Assembly: GCA_030704615.1 (NCBI GenBank)
Contig: CM060731.1
Coordinates: forward strand, 22,134,001 to 22,198,000
Reading direction: 5' to 3'
From: Takakia lepidozioides
Taxonomy: Eukaryota > Plantae > Bryophyta
Length of the DNA stretch: 64,000 nt
Part shown: one piece after another, positions 61,560 through 64,000 of the stretch
Layout: every line of letters begins with the position of its first letter
Position numbering within the stretch: the stretch's first letter is position 1
Translations under genes and position numbers: made by a program
The notes under the pieces: generated by a model
What the model saw: the letters and a program-made list of their open reading frames with translations, nothing else
Told to the model about the DNA's origin: nothing
Database searches by the model: none

Positions 61560-63097
61560 TGGTGCATGATGCAGGCTAGGTCCTCTTGTCTATTTTTTTG
61601 TACTAGAGACCTTGATGTTTTTGGCCATAGCTTCTTCCACGTTGTACTGTCAGGAAACGTAGGTTCATTCTCTCAACCATATGACTTCACCTACCTATCT
61701 CAGCAACAACGATAGATCTTACATATTGTTTAGCCACCATCTTCACAGTACTTTTTTTAACTGACAAATTTCAATAAGCAATCTTGAATTCCATAAGATC
61801 CAAAGAGATTGTGTGTCATTTTTGTGCTCAAACATTGTTGTAGACCCTCAAGCATGGAACCTAGCAAGGCATTTTCCAAGCTCACTCTCGCTTTAGAAAT
61901 CAACGTGAACCTCTGGAAACTTGAACGTCTTCAGGCCTATAATTCTGGAAACAATAATCAAAATCTTTATCCATGTGCAGGTTTTGTGCGTGAGAGATGA
62001 AATCCACACTATGGAATATCTGCATACGCACTCGGGACCTTGCTACCCTGCCTGCCTTTCCTTTTGGTGTCCTCATGCATTGTGTACTTCCTCGTGGAGC
62101 TACATGCAGGATTTGGGCACTTCATGTATTTCGTTTGTGTTCTCTTCTTCAGTCTGCTGGTAGTTGAGAGCTTAATGATGGCGATGCAGCTATAGTTCGA
62201 AACTATTTTGTGGCCATGGTTGTCGGAACTGGATCTCAGGTATGCATCCTGCCAGTGTCTTCGCCATAGAACAAGCATTGAATTTCAATTACCAGATCTC
62301 AAGTGTTGCTTGCACATCTGTAGTAGGGGACATCATCGCTACAACATAAGCCACATGTTGAAAATTTTTGGCAGATCATTTTGTGCTCAGAACATGATCT
62401 GAACAAAAAGCTCACCACAAATAATATGTAAATTTGTGTGCGGTAGTCTTCAAGTTTTGGCATAACCTTTACAAATACCAACACAATTTCTAAATGGACA
62501 TTGCAGAGCATATTTCTGCTAGTTGGGGGCTAGTTCCGACTTGCTCACGACATTCCAAGGCCTATTTGGACATATCCAGTGTCATACATCTCCTTCACAC
62601 ATATTCTATTCGGGTAACTATCAGCCCCATCTTATGCTCTGCTTTTCTAGATATATTATGAAGGGCTTAGCTCTATTCTGGTGGTCTGGGTTGTGTTTCA
62701 TCCTTCATCATGCAATGCTTTTTGTAATTAGGAGTATGTTCATTGACTCCATCCCCAGTTTGGTTTGGGCAAAAAGAGGAAAAGAGGTGTGAGAATAGAA
62801 AGAACTGAATTTCAGGCATACCCCTATTGCAGAGAGAAACCCACAAACTTTTCACTATCCACATGGATGCCATTTTGGATTTGACAGGGCATGTTTGAGA
62901 CCGAATTCAGGGGCTTAACGGATCTTGACAACAGTCTCCAACTTCCAGGCGCAATGTACAAATTGGAGCATCCTGGAAAGTGGAAAGACGTGGTTATTCT
63001 CTTATGCATGGTTGTATTCTACCATGTTGTGTTATATGCATTCATTTCTCTATACTGGTACACCCAACCCCTGCTGGATTCCTTCAAGCTTCAATGA
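61560..63097 (+). pseudogene. Decayed ABCG (ABC-2) transporter membrane-domain fragment
   Basis: QARSSCLFF and GMFETEFRGL...KWKDVVILLCMVVFYHVVLY resemble the ABCG11-type C-terminus. No intact frame and no ATPase domain. Confidence 0.45.
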
Positions 63098-64000
63098 CAG
63101 CAAAGATGGAGACCCTGAAGCATGGTGATCTTTCCTGGCTCAAACGACTGTTGCTTTCTGGTGAGACTAGACCATTGGCAGTCAAGAATCTGTATGTTAC
63201 TAAGAGTGTAGTCTCAGGTGCAAGAATATCTATAAGAACAAGTTGATCGTTTGAAAAAACACTCCAAGAACATTTCGAAGATCTTCACTTTGGTGATCAC
63301 ACAATCCATTTTGAGAAATAGTTGGGCTATGAAAGCTATGAAAGCTCCTTTAAAAGTATCAACCTTTGGGAATGTCTTCCATGCTGAGCTTGGCAGAGAG
63401 GCAACATTGTTATCCCTTCTCAAACCTCAAAAAAAGATAAAAAAAACACGTAGTAGAGAGAAATCATTGCACCGGATACAACATGTGGTCATTGTGGTCA
63501 TTGTGGGCAATCCACATGGTCAATGTGTCAATGGATTGACCATGCACATTAACCTTTCAATGTGCATATTTTATTTTCTTGCCTCGTGAAAGTTTAGGCT
63601 TCCTCTGTCAACATAGAAGATGACTCTATTATGTAGCTGAGGGAGGGGAAAGATGTGACTACAACCAGGCCAAGCCCAATCTCAGTTTTCTTAATTGATT
63701 TTTATTCTTAAAAGGGAGCAATCCCTTGGAGAGAGCCTGGGTGAGATGATGCCAATGGGAGTTGATATAAATAAGAGCCCCTTCCCCTTGCACTGTTAAA
63801 GAGGAGGTTGTGTAAATTGAAGTCTAGTCTGATCTGTTCCAACTGGACACAAGACCTATGCCACAAGAATGTAAGCATGACCTAACCCACGCTCACACAC
63901 AAAAAGGCATACATGAGGATGCATTAACATAGAATTCTAACCATACTTGATGTACACAACCTCTTCCCAAATTCATGTGCAGAATAGCAGCTATTAACTC

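Overview
Eukaryotic plant genomic DNA, most likely a moss or other early-diverging land plant (inferred from GT-AG introns, FLA/FKBP17-1/monooxygenase genes, TTTAGGG motifs and the TE types). Host genes are two divergent fasciclin-like arabinogalactan genes (0-4 kb), a FAD monooxygenase (40.5-43.4 kb), FKBP17-1 (58.6-60.2 kb) and an ABCG-like remnant. Ordinary TEs include a hAT relic split by a solo LTR, SINEs, MITEs, a Helitron, LINE debris and a rearranged Copia. The main discovery is a ~25 kb cargo-laden transposon region (~6.5-32 kb). It holds a Sola/DUF7869-type DDE transposase, two convergent intron-containing ParB + beta-class amino-DNA-methyltransferase genes, tandem FCP1-like HAD domains, a Pol II CTD-like peptide and a GCM-type Zn-finger transposase fragment. 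Each ParB-MTase gene sits in a territory marked by its own dispersed 22-26 bp palindrome (AACCTCCACTG-NN-CAGTGGAGGTT, 12 copies; AGGCTTGCGT-CA-ACGCAAGCCT, about 12 copies), reminiscent of ParB/parS pairs. This copy carries stops and frameshifts. All domain calls come from motif recognition by eye and no searches were run. Exon boundaries and element ends are approximate.
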